Source: Tepidimonas taiwanensis (GTDB lineage: Bacteria > Pseudomonadota > Gammaproteobacteria > Burkholderiales > Burkholderiaceae_C). From it: a DNA stretch of 32,000 bases. The stretch is taken from NCBI RefSeq assembly GCF_020162115.1, contig NZ_CP083911.1, positions 2,315,735 through 2,347,734 on the forward strand. The letters run 5' to 3'. Below are positions 9,393-17,771 of this stretch, in pieces. A program made the translations under genes and the position numbers. The stretch's first letter is position 1. Each line of letters opens with the position of its first letter. The notes under the pieces are model-generated. The model saw only the letters and a program-made list of their open reading frames with translations. It did no database searches and had not been told where the DNA came from.

Positions 9393-9420
9393 GTGACAGC
9401 GCTGAAAAGCATTGTATGAT
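9393..9420 (+). promoter_or_regulatory. Sigma70-like promoter motif in intergenic DNA, pointing into the 3' end of ampG (antisense)
   Basis: GTGACA (9393-9398), a 16-nt spacer and TATGAT (9415-9420), inside the only AT-rich patch of the spacer. No downstream gene is assigned. Confidence 0.3.
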
Positions 9421-9561
9421 CAAAATGCGCGATGGCGGCTCCCCCATTTGGGGGAGGAGAGGTCGCCGCGATGGCATTTGGCCCCGGGGTGTTCCCCAAA
9501 GCCCAGCGCGACTCGCCGCGCCGCCCACCCACGGCCCGCGCGACACGTGCCGTCGGTGCCT

Positions 9562-11145
9562 TCATGCGGTCGGCACATTGCCTGACGCTGGCTTCGCCAT
9601 ACGGCGTCCCACCCATGACACCAACACCAGAACCGGCACGCCCAGCAGCGTCGTCAGCACGAAAAAGCCCGGGTACCCCAGCGCATCGACCATGCCGCCC
9701 GAATAGCCTCCCAACGCCTTCGGCAGCAGCGTCATGAGCGAGCTGAAGATTGCGTACTGCACCGCGGTGAAGCGCACCTGCGTCAAACTCGACAAAAACG
9801 CCACGAACGCCGCGCTGGCAAAGCCCGCGGCCAGGTTGTCCGCCGCCACCACCGCGTACAGCATCGCGCGCTCGGGCCCGACGAGCGCCAGCGCGACGAA
9901 CCCGAGGTTGGTCAGCGCCGACAGCACCGCCCCCCACCACAGCGCGCGCAGCACGCCCAGCCGCGTCGCCAGCACGCCGCCCAGAAAACCACCCGCGATG
10001 CTGACGACGACGCCAAACGTCTTCACCGCGGTGGCGATGTCCGGCTTGGAAAACCCCAGGTCCTGGTAGAACACGTTGGAAATGACGCCGAGCACGATGT
10101 CCGAGATGCGGTACAGGCCCACCACCGCCAGCAGCAGCACCGCATCCGCCCAGCCATGGCGCACGAAGAACGCCAGCACCGGCTCGACCCAGGTCTCGCG
10201 CGCCGCGTCGCGGCTCGCCACCCCCGCGCGCACCAACAACGCGCCCAAGCCGAACGCCGCCGCCAGCGCGAGCGCCAGCCGCAGCGCCTCCAGCGCCAGC
10301 GTCAGCAACGGCCCGCGGGTGGCCTGCCCCGCCTCCGACGGCTCCCATCCCTGCCCCACGCCCCAAAACACCGCGACGAACGCCGCCACCGCGCACAAAA
10401 AGACCGCCAGCAGCCGGCCGTGGGCGGATGACGGGCGGGGCACCGCAGCCTGCGGCACCCGCGGCTCCGGCGCGACCAGCGTCGCCACCAGGCCAACCGC
10501 CATCGCCAGCGCCGCCGTCGCGTAGGCGGCGCCCCACGCCGCATAGTCGTAGGCGCCCTTGCTCGACCCCCACGCCGACGCCAGAAACAGCACCCCCGCG
10601 CCGGCCACCACCATGCCGACGCGATACCCCGCGATATACGCCGACGACAGCACGCCCTGCCACGCCGGTGGCGCGATCTCGATGCGGTAGGCGTCGATGA
10701 CAATGTCCTGCGTCGCCGACATGAACCCCAGCAGCACCGCGAACGCCGCCATGCGCGCGAGCGCCGCCGACCCCTGGGCAGGGTCGGTCGCGGCCATGCC
10801 GAGGATCGCCCCGACGACCCCGAGCTGCGCCAGCAGCAGCCACGCGCGCCGCCGGCCCAGCCGCGCCGTCAGCCCCGGCAGCGGCAGCCGGTCCACCAGC
10901 GGCGCCCAGATGAACTTGAACGAGTATGCCAGCGCCGCCCAACTGAAAAACGTCACCGCGCGCCGCTCGACGCCCGCCTCCCCCAGCCACAACGACAGCG
11001 ACGAAAAAATCAACAGCAACGGCAGCCCCGCCGAAAACCCCAAGGCCGCCATCACCGCCACGCGCCAGTCCCACAGCAGCCGCCAGCCGGTGGGGGCGGC
11101 GGGGGCGGGATCGGTCGGCGGCGCGGAGGCGGGGGCAGAGGACAT
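9562..11145 (-). CDS. ampG: AmpG-family muropeptide MFS permease
   Basis: ALGFSAGLPLLLIFSSLSLWL, FSWAALAYSFKFIWAPLVDR and RRRAWLLLAQL are AmpG hallmarks, and the product has many TM segments. I place the start at ATG 11145 (MSSAPAS...). The upstream part of the 601-aa ORF is a P/R-rich artefact. Confidence 0.85.
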   Translation of the reverse strand: MSSAPASAPPTDPAPAAPTGWRLLWDWRVAVMAALGFSAGLPLLLIFSSLSLWLGEAGVERRAVTFFSWAALAYSFKFIWAPLVDRLPLPGLTARLGRRRAWLLLAQLGVVGAILGMAATDPAQGSAALARMAAFAVLLGFMSATQDIVIDAYRIEIAPPAWQGVLSSAYIAGYRVGMVVAGAGVLFLASAWGSSKGAYDYAAWGAAYATAALAMAVGLVATLVAPEPRVPQAAVPRPSSAHGRLLAVFLCAVAAFVAVFWGVGQGWEPSEAGQATRGPLLTLALEALRLALALAAAFGLGALLVRAGVASRDAARETWVEPVLAFFVRHGWADAVLLLAVVGLYRISDIVLGVISNVFYQDLGFSKPDIATAVKTFGVVVSIAGGFLGGVLATRLGVLRALWWGAVLSALTNLGFVALALVGPERAMLYAVVAADNLAAGFASAAFVAFLSSLTQVRFTAVQYAIFSSLMTLLPKALGGYSGGMVDALGYPGFFVLTTLLGVPVLVLVSWVGRRMAKPASGNVPTA

Positions 11146-11219
11146 GGCAGACAGCAGCAGAAATCGGTGACAACCGTTACATCGGGTCACGCAGGGCCAG
11201 CGCCGATTGTGCCTATGAT

Positions 11220-12068
11220 GTGCGCATGTGCTGGCTGTGTGATGCGCGAAGGGGCCCGTTGGCGCGACGGGGGTTTCTGCGGGCGGCCGCCGCAGCCGCG
11301 GGCGCGGCTGCGCTGGTGCCGGCCCAGGCCCAGGTGGAGGTCGGTCCGCCGTCCTGGGCGCGCACACTGGTGCTGGCCACGCAGCTCGAGGGCGCGGCCG
11401 CGCAGCAGTACGCCCAAATGCTCGCGCAAGCGCGTGCCAAGGGGGCGCTGGCGCCAGACGACCACCCCCAGGTGCGGCGGCTGCGCGCGATCGCGCGCCG
11501 CCTCATCCCCCACGCACTGCCGTGGAACGAGCGCGCGCGCCGGTGGCGCTGGGAAGTCAACCTGATTGCCAGCAAGCAGATCAACGCGTTTTGCATGCCC
11601 GGCGGCAAGATCGCGTTTTTCACCGGCATCCTCGACCAGCTCCAGCTCGGCGAGGACGAGGCCGCGATGGTCATGGGCCACGAGATGGCGCACGCGCTGC
11701 GCGAGCACGCGCGCGAGCGCATCGCCAAGACGTACGTCACGGGTTTCGGTCTGTCGCTGGGGACACAGCTGCTCGGGCTGGGTGACCTGGGGCGGCTCGC
11801 GGCCGACCTCGGCACCCAGCTGCTCAGCCTGAAGTTCAGCCGCGAGGACGAAACCGAGGCCGACCTCGTCGGGCTGGAACTCGCCGCGCGCGGTGCCTAC
11901 GACCCCCGCGCCAGCGTCACGCTGTGGCAGAAAATGGCCCGCGCCGCCGGCGACAACGGACTCGAGTTCCTCTCCACCCACCCGAGCGGCCCCAACCGCA
12001 TCCGCGAGCTGGAAGCCAACATCCCCAAAGTCGAGGCGCTGTACGAGCAGGCCCGCCGGGCGGGCTGA
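11220..12068 (+). CDS. M48-family zinc metallopeptidase with Tat-type signal peptide
   Basis: HExxH zinc site in MVMGHEMAHALREH, a downstream E in EDETEADLVGLELA, and the N-terminal RRGFLRAAAAAAGAAALVPAQAQ. Confidence 0.8.
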   Translation: MRMCWLCDARRGPLARRGFLRAAAAAAGAAALVPAQAQVEVGPPSWARTLVLATQLEGAAAQQYAQMLAQARAKGALAPDDHPQVRRLRAIARRLIPHALPWNERARRWRWEVNLIASKQINAFCMPGGKIAFFTGILDQLQLGEDEAAMVMGHEMAHALREHARERIAKTYVTGFGLSLGTQLLGLGDLGRLAADLGTQLLSLKFSREDETEADLVGLELAARGAYDPRASVTLWQKMARAAGDNGLEFLSTHPSGPNRIRELEANIPKVEALYEQARRAG

Positions 12069-12182
12069 GCCGCTTTCCTCAGCCTCGCGGGGCAAAGCCA
12101 GCCGGCGCGTGCCGCGCGCCAAAGCTTGCACCCGACCGAGGGCCGCACCCGGTGCGCACCGCATGTGCGCGAAAGCGCCGGG

Positions 12183-12821
12183 CTAAGTGCCCCCCACGAA
12201 CGGGTTGGTGCGGCGCTCGCGGCCGAACGTGCTCTCCGGCCCGTGGCCCGGGATGAACACCGTGTCGTCGCCCATCGGCCACAGGCGCTGCGTGATGCTG
12301 TCGATCAGCTGCTGGTGGTCGCCGCCCGGGAAATCCGTGCGGCCGATGCTGCCGGCGAAGAGCACGTCGCCAACAAAGGCGCGCTTGGCCTCGGGCGAAT
12401 AAAACACCACGTGCCCCGGCGTGTGCCCCGGGCAGTGGCGCACCTGCAGCGCGCACGCGCCCACCGTCACCGTGTCACCATCGTGCAACCAGCGCGTGGG
12501 CGCAAAGCCCCACGCCGGCGGAAAGCCGAACATGCGGCTTTGCTGCGGCAGGGCGTCGATCCAGAACTGGTCCCCGGGGTGCGGGCCGATGATGGGCAAC
12601 CCGAGGCGCTCGGCCAGCTCGCCCGCGCCGCCGGCGTGGTCGATGTGCGCGTGCGTCAGCCAGATCTGCCGCAGGTCCAGCCCCAGCCGCTCGGCCTGCG
12701 CCAGCACATCGTCCAGATCGCCGCCGGGGTCGATGACCGCCGCCTCGCGCGTCGTGTCGCACCACACCAGCGAGCAGTTTTGGGCAAACGGCGTGACGGG
12801 GATGGTCTGGTAGCGCAGCAT
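12183..12821 (-). CDS. MBL-fold metallo-hydrolase (glyoxalase II-like)
   Basis: THAHIDHAGG (HxHxDH), CPGHTPGH and GDVLFAGSIGRTDFPGG. The start is at ATG 12821 (MLRYQTIPV...) or 12830. The rest of the 361-aa ORF is an artefact. Confidence 0.8.
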   Translation of the reverse strand: MLRYQTIPVTPFAQNCSLVWCDTTREAAVIDPGGDLDDVLAQAERLGLDLRQIWLTHAHIDHAGGAGELAERLGLPIIGPHPGDQFWIDALPQQSRMFGFPPAWGFAPTRWLHDGDTVTVGACALQVRHCPGHTPGHVVFYSPEAKRAFVGDVLFAGSIGRTDFPGGDHQQLIDSITQRLWPMGDDTVFIPGHGPESTFGRERRTNPFVGGT

Positions 12822-12897
12822 GGCGGGCATTGTAGGGTGGACATGGACGAGCACACCGACGCCCCCCACACGCGCACTATGCGCGACAATCCGGCCC

Positions 12898-13680
12898 ATG
12901 GCACCGCACCCATCGTCCCCCGCCCGCATCGCGCTGGTCACCGGCGCCGGCAGCGGCATCGGCCGCGCCTGCGCGATCGCCCTGCTGCACGACGGCTGGA
13001 CCGTGTGGCTCGTCGGCCGGCGTGCCGACGCGCTGCAGGCCACCGCCGCCGAGGCCGACGCCGCCCAGCCCGGCGCAGCCGCGCGCGCGCACGTGGCACC
13101 GGCCGACGTCACCGACCCCGCCGCGGTGCGGGCGGTGTTCGACAGGGTGCGCGCGACGCACGGACGGCTCGATCTGCTGTTCAACAACGCCGGCATCTTC
13201 ACCCCACCCGCCACGCCCGACGCGCTGGCGCTGGACGACTGGCACCGCGCGGTGCACACCAACCTCAACGGGGCGTTTTACTGCCTGCGCGCGGCCTTCG
13301 GGCTGATGCGCGAGCAACACCCGCGCGGCGGACGCATCATCAACAACGGCTCCATCTCCGCCCACACCCCGCGCCCCGGCTCGATCGCCTACACCGCGAC
13401 CAAGCACGCCATCACGGGGCTGACCAAAGCGGCGGCACTGGACGGCCGTGCGTTCGACATCGCCGTGGGCCAGATCGACATCGGTAACGTCGCCAGCGAC
13501 ATGACGACGGCGATGGCCGCCGGCGTCCTGCAGGCCGACGGCAGCGTCCGGCCCGAGGCGCGCATGGACATGGACGCCGTGGTGCAGACTTTCATGACCA
13601 TGGCGCGGCTGCCGCTGGAGGCGAACGTGCTCTTTGCCACCGTCATGGCCACCAAGATGCCGTTCGTCGGGCGGGGGTGA
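12898..13680 (+). CDS. SDR-family oxidoreductase
   Basis: Cofactor motif TGAGSGIGRA, NNAG, and catalytic S...YTATK. The start is at ATG 12898 (MAPHPSSPARIALVTG...). Confidence 0.8.
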   Translation: MAPHPSSPARIALVTGAGSGIGRACAIALLHDGWTVWLVGRRADALQATAAEADAAQPGAAARAHVAPADVTDPAAVRAVFDRVRATHGRLDLLFNNAGIFTPPATPDALALDDWHRAVHTNLNGAFYCLRAAFGLMREQHPRGGRIINNGSISAHTPRPGSIAYTATKHAITGLTKAAALDGRAFDIAVGQIDIGNVASDMTTAMAAGVLQADGSVRPEARMDMDAVVQTFMTMARLPLEANVLFATVMATKMPFVGRG

Positions 13681-13792
13681 AGCGCAACCCCACCCCGCAC
13701 AAACATTCCCGCGATGAGCGGTGCGGACAGCGCAATCGGCCACGGCGAGGGTCGATGCCGCAACACGCAACCGGCTGGAACAGCCCCCTTTG

Positions 13793-14272
13793 TCACGACC
13801 GCAGCGGCAGCGCGCTCGTGCATTTGATTTCGTCCAGGCAGACGCTAGAGCGCACGCCGTTGACGCCCGGCAACTGCGCCAGCGTGCCGAGCAGGAAATC
13901 CGACAGGCGCTTGAGGTCCTGCGCCACGACCTTGAGCACGTAGTCGAAGTCGCCCGTCACCGCGTAGCACTCTTGCACCTGTGCCATGTCGCGCACCCGC
14001 TCGCGAAAGCGCTCCACCTCGCGGATGTGGCCGCGCTCCATCGTCACGTGCACGAAGGCCGTCACCCCCAGCCCCAGGCGCGGCGCGTCCAGCCGCGCCT
14101 CGTAGCGGCGGATCAGCCCCAGCTCCTCCAACCGACGGTGGCGCCGACTGCACTGCGCGGGCGAGAGCTGCACCGCATCCGCCAGCGCCTGGTTGCTGAT
14201 GCGGCCATCCTCCTGCAGGCAAGCCAGGATGCGCAGGTCCATCGCGTCCAGCGTGGCGTCGTTCCCCATCAC
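13793..14272 (-). CDS. Lrp/AsnC-family transcriptional regulator
   Basis: LDAMDLRILACLQEDGRISNQALADAVQLSPAQCSRRHRRLEELGLI (HTH) followed by a RAM/ASNC ligand domain (VTAFVHV...CYAVTGDFDYVLKV). Confidence 0.85.
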   Translation of the reverse strand: MMGNDATLDAMDLRILACLQEDGRISNQALADAVQLSPAQCSRRHRRLEELGLIRRYEARLDAPRLGLGVTAFVHVTMERGHIREVERFRERVRDMAQVQECYAVTGDFDYVLKVVAQDLKRLSDFLLGTLAQLPGVNGVRSSVCLDEIKCTSALPLRS

Positions 14273-14351
14273 TTCACTCCTTCACATACCGCCCCAGCCC
14301 GACGTCCGTCTCGGTACAGCAGCCATATATCGCGATAAGCAAACATCGCCG

Positions 14352-14380
14352 TTGCTCCGTGGGCTGCGTCAGTTTATGAT
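14352..14380 (+). promoter_or_regulatory. Sigma70-like promoter for mntA-hepT
   Basis: TTGCTC (14352-14357), a 17-nt spacer and TATGAT (14375-14380), about 50 nt upstream of GTG 14432. Confidence 0.4.
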
Positions 14381-14431
14381 CAACAAGGTATTGGTGCTGG
14401 CGCGGGGATTGCTTGTGCGGGGATCAATGAC

Positions 14432-14722
14432 GTGAAACCCTCTGAAGCCTTGGCAGCGAACCGTGCCGCGATTCGACACGTGGTCGAGTCTCACCGCGCC
14501 CACAATGCGCGCGTGTTCGGCTCTGTCCTGCGCGGTCAGGACACCGACAGCAGCGATCTGGACATCCTCATTGACCCGACGCCAGAAATGACCCTGTTTG
14601 ACATCGGCGCGATCCGCCACGAACTCCGCAAACTGCTCGGTGTGCCGGTGGACGTTCTGACGCCCAACGCCCTGCCCGACAAATTCCGGGCTGCGGTGCT
14701 CGCGCAGGCCCGTCCGGTATGA
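14432..14722 (+). CDS. mntA: MntA-type minimal nucleotidyltransferase (antitoxin of HEPN/MNT type VII TA)
   Basis: GTG start. NTase motif VFGSVLRGQDTDSSDLDILID. Its stop overlaps the next start by ATGA (14719-14722). Confidence 0.8.
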   Translation: MKPSEALAANRAAIRHVVESHRAHNARVFGSVLRGQDTDSSDLDILIDPTPEMTLFDIGAIRHELRKLLGVPVDVLTPNALPDKFRAAVLAQARPV

Positions 14723-15102
14723 CCCGAGACCCGCAGCGCCTTGCCGACTACCTTGCGCACATCGCAGAGGCCATCGAACGCATCGACCGCTACACCGATG
14801 GCATGGACGAAATGGCCTTCCTGAACAACGAGTTGGTACAGGACGCCGTGATCCGCAACATCGAGATCATCGGGGAGGCCAGCAACAACATCGAGAAGCA
14901 CTACCCCGAGTTCGCAACTTCCCACCCGGAGCTTCCGCTGTCCTCTGCCTACCAGATGCGCAACGCCGTTGCCCACGGCTACTTCAAAGTGGACTTCGAA
15001 ATCGTCTGGAGGACGATTCACCGCGACCTTCCAGCGTTGCACAAACACGTGCGCAAACTGGTCGACGAAATCAACCATGGCGACACCGGGCTCGCACCGT
15101 GA
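14719..15102 (+). CDS. hepT: HepT-type HEPN/DUF86 RNase toxin
   Basis: 127 aa with the Rx4HxY motif in QMRNAVAHGYFKVDFEIVW. It is translationally coupled to mntA. Confidence 0.85.
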   Translation: MTRDPQRLADYLAHIAEAIERIDRYTDGMDEMAFLNNELVQDAVIRNIEIIGEASNNIEKHYPEFATSHPELPLSSAYQMRNAVAHGYFKVDFEIVWRTIHRDLPALHKHVRKLVDEINHGDTGLAP

Positions 15103-15422
15103 GCACCGCCGACGCGCGACGCCCCGATTCGCACCAACCCTTCCGGCACGCGAACATCCACGACCGACTGATCGCCCGCCGTCGCATCGGGCGGGTCGTC
15201 CGCGACCGCTCAACCCGCGGCAAGCGCCTTTTGGCTTCGGTGGCAGCCATGAGGGGTCTGACGAGCCCGAATTCGGGCGGCTGTGCGCCTTCGAGCACAA
15301 CCCCAGCGGGACAGCGCAAGATTGTTGCACGGGCGCGGGTTTCTCCCGGTCTCGGACGCAAACCCATTGCGGTGACACGGACATAAGCTCTCGGCATCCA
15401 ATATCCCACCGGAGTGCTGATC

Positions 15423-16526
15423 ATGGCTGACCTGTTCGACAACCCCATGGGCTTGTGCGGCTTCGAGTTCGTCGAGTTCGCCTCGCCCCGCCCCAACGTG
15501 CTGGAGCCGCTCTTTACCGCGCTGGGCTTTACCCTCGTGGCGCACCACCGCTCCAAGGACGTCGAGCTGTGGCGTCAGGGTGACATCAACTTCATCCTCA
15601 ACCGCGAGCCGCGCAGCCTCGCGGACTACTTCGCGCAGGAGCACGGCCCGAGCGCCTGCGGTCTGGCCTTTCGCGTCAAGGACGCGCACAAGGCCTACTA
15701 CCGCGCGCTGGAGCTGGGCGCGCAACCCATCGACATCCCCACCGGCCCGATGGAGCTGCGCCTGCCCGCCATCAAGGGTATCGGCGGCGCACCGCTGTAC
15801 CTGATCGACCGCTTCGAGGACGGCCGCAGCATCTACGACATCGATTTCGAATTCCTGCCCGAATTCGAAGACCCCGCCAGCCGCCACCCCGTCGGCCACG
15901 GCTTCAAGGTCATCGACCACCTGACGCACAACGTCTACCGCGGCCGCATGGCGTATTGGGCGCAGTGGTACGAGCGGCTGTTCAACTTCCGCGAAATACG
16001 CTACTTCGACATCCAGGGCGAATACACCGGGCTGAAGAGCCGCGCGATGACCGCCCCGGACGGCAAGATCCGCATCCCGCTCAACGAAGAGGGTGGCTCC
16101 GGCGGCAACGGGCAGATCGAAGAGTTCCTGATGCAGTTCAACGGCGAGGGCATCCAGCACATCGCGCTGCTGACGGACGATATCCTGCGCAGTGTGGACG
16201 CGCTGCAGATGGCGGGCGTGCCGCTGATGACCGCGCCCAACGACATTTACTACGAGATGCTGGAAGAGCGCCTGCCCGGCCACGGCGAGCCGGTCGGCGA
16301 GCTGCAGGCGCGCGGCATCCTGCTCGACGGCAACACCCGCGACGGTGAAAAACGCCTGCTGCTGCAGATCTTCAGCCAGCCGGTGCTCGGGCCGGTGTTC
16401 TTCGAATTCATCCAGCGCAAGAACGACGAGGGCTTCGGCGAAGGCAACTTCAAGGCCCTGTTCGAGAGCCTGGAGCGCGACCAGATCCGCCGCGGCACGC
16501 TCAAGGTCGAGCCCGCCACCGCCTGA
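15423..16526 (+). CDS. hppD: 4-hydroxyphenylpyruvate dioxygenase
   Basis: [31 protein letters not shown] and the [34 protein letters not shown]-terminus are typical of HppD. The start is at ATG 15423 ([10 protein letters not shown]). Confidence 0.9.
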   Translation: MADLFDNPMGLCGFEFVEFASPRPNVLEPLFTALGFTLVAHHRSKDVELWRQGDINFILNREPRSLADYFAQEHGPSACGLAFRVKDAHKAYYRALELGAQPIDIPTGPMELRLPAIKGIGGAPLYLIDRFEDGRSIYDIDFEFLPEFEDPASRHPVGHGFKVIDHLTHNVYRGRMAYWAQWYERLFNFREIRYFDIQGEYTGLKSRAMTAPDGKIRIPLNEEGGSGGNGQIEEFLMQFNGEGIQHIALLTDDILRSVDALQMAGVPLMTAPNDIYYEMLEERLPGHGEPVGELQARGILLDGNTRDGEKRLLLQIFSQPVLGPVFFEFIQRKNDEGFGEGNFKALFESLERDQIRRGTLKVEPATA

Positions 16527-16550
16527 CACGACACCACGCGAGGGAAACCC

Positions 16551-16859
16551 ATGCACAAGCTCGAAGGCCCCGAACTCACCGCCGCGCTGGCGCAGCTGTC
16601 GGCGTGGACGTTCGACCCGCAGCGCCACGCCATCCGGCGCGCGCTGCGCTTTGCGGACTTCAACGCGGCCTTCGGCTTCATGACGCGCGTGGCCCTCGAG
16701 GCCGAGCGCCGCAACCACCACCCGGAGTGGAGCAACGTCTACCACCGGGTGGACATCACGCTGACCACCCACGACGCCGGGGGGCTGACCGAGCGCGACG
16801 TGGCGCTGGCGCGCTGGATCGACGCCGCCGCGTCCGCCGCCGGGGCCGAGCCCACCTGA
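16551..16859 (+). CDS. phhB: Pterin-4a-carbinolamine dehydratase
   Basis: [53 protein letters not shown] lies upstream of the ATG. Confidence 0.9.
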   Translation: MHKLEGPELTAALAQLSAWTFDPQRHAIRRALRFADFNAAFGFMTRVALEAERRNHHPEWSNVYHRVDITLTTHDAGGLTERDVALARWIDAAASAAGAEPT

Positions 16860-16886
16860 GCGCCGCCCCCCCAGAGGAGACACCCC

Positions 16887-17771
16887 ATGGACACCACCGC
16901 CTTGCACGGCTGGGCGGCGGGCGAGGCCGGCCGTCCCGCCAGCCCCGACTGGACCATCCCCCAGCACTGGGAGCGCTACACCCCCGAAGAGCACGCCACC
17001 TGGGCAACGCTGTACCGCCGCCAGATGGCGCTGCTGCCCGGCCGCGCCTGCGCCGCGTTCGTCGACGGCATGCAGCGCCTGCCGATCGAGCCGGACCGCA
17101 TCCCGAACTTCGAGGCGCTCTCCGACGTGCTGATGCGCCACACCGGCTGGCAGGTCGTGGCCGTCCCGGGCCTGGTGCCGGACGACGTCTTTTTCGAGCA
17201 CCTGGCCAACCGGCGCTTTCCCGCCGGGCAATTCATCCGCCGCGCGGACCAGCTCGACTACCTGCAGGAGCCGGACGTCTTTCACGACGTCTTCGGGCAT
17301 GTGCCGATGCTGCTCAACCCCGTGATGGCCGACTTCATCCAGGCCTACGGTGTCGGCGGCCTGCGCGCGCAGCGCCTGGGCGCGCTGGAAATGCTGGCGC
17401 GCGTGTACTGGTACACGGTGGAATTCGGCCTCGTGCGCGAGGACGGGGGCCTGCGCATCTTCGGCGCGGGCATCGTCTCCTCCGCGGCGGAAAGCGTCTT
17501 CTGCCTCGACTCCCCCTCGCCGAACCGCATCGCGTTCGCGCTGGAGCGCGTCATGCGCACGCGCTACCGCATCGACGACTTCCAGCAGACCTACTTCGTG
17601 CTCGACCGGCTGGAAGACCTGCTGCGGCTCGCCGAGATCGACTTCACGCCACTGTACGAACGCGTCGCGCGGCTGGAACCGCTCCCGCCGGACGCCGTGC
17701 TGCCGGAGGATGACGTCATCACGCGCGGTGACGGGCGGTATCACCGGGCGAAAATGACACCAATGGCTTGA
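16887..17771 (+). CDS. phhA: Phenylalanine 4-monooxygenase
   Basis: The iron-site region EPDVFHDVFGHVPML and WYTVEFGL are typical of bacterial aromatic amino-acid hydroxylases. GAGGAG lies upstream of the ATG. Confidence 0.9.
   Translation: MDTTALHGWAAGEAGRPASPDWTIPQHWERYTPEEHATWATLYRRQMALLPGRACAAFVDGMQRLPIEPDRIPNFEALSDVLMRHTGWQVVAVPGLVPDDVFFEHLANRRFPAGQFIRRADQLDYLQEPDVFHDVFGHVPMLLNPVMADFIQAYGVGGLRAQRLGALEMLARVYWYTVEFGLVREDGGLRIFGAGIVSSAAESVFCLDSPSPNRIAFALERVMRTRYRIDDFQQTYFVLDRLEDLLRLAEIDFTPLYERVARLEPLPPDAVLPEDDVITRGDGRYHRAKMTPMA

Noticed and set aside
9432-9737. A plus-strand ORF with an internal ATG (9471) preceded by GGAGGAG, downstream of the GTGACA-16-TATGAT promoter-like motif.
   Set aside because: The product is a P/R/A-rich, non-globular sequence that runs antisense through the ampG 3' end. 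The SD-ATG spacing (11 nt) is long. I keep the promoter-like motif as a feature but do not call a CDS.
9359-11173. A 604-aa alternative-frame ORF over ampG. Similar off-frame ORFs lie over the ABC exporter (6983-8533, 6661-8247) and the glt genes (3983-5899).
   Set aside because: These are Gly/Ala/Arg-rich junk translations in frames overlapping genes with strong family signatures. They have no plausible starts or motifs.
12822-13268. A 149-codon N-terminal extension of the MBL hydrolase ORF, with similar extensions on gltI (5717-5854), ampG (11146-11367), porin 3 (22041-22472) and ompW (24556-24831).
   Set aside because: The extensions are compositionally aberrant (S/A/R/P-rich) and lack similarity to the respective families. 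They overlap neighbouring genes or promoters, and internal ATGs with signal peptides or conserved N-termini fit better.
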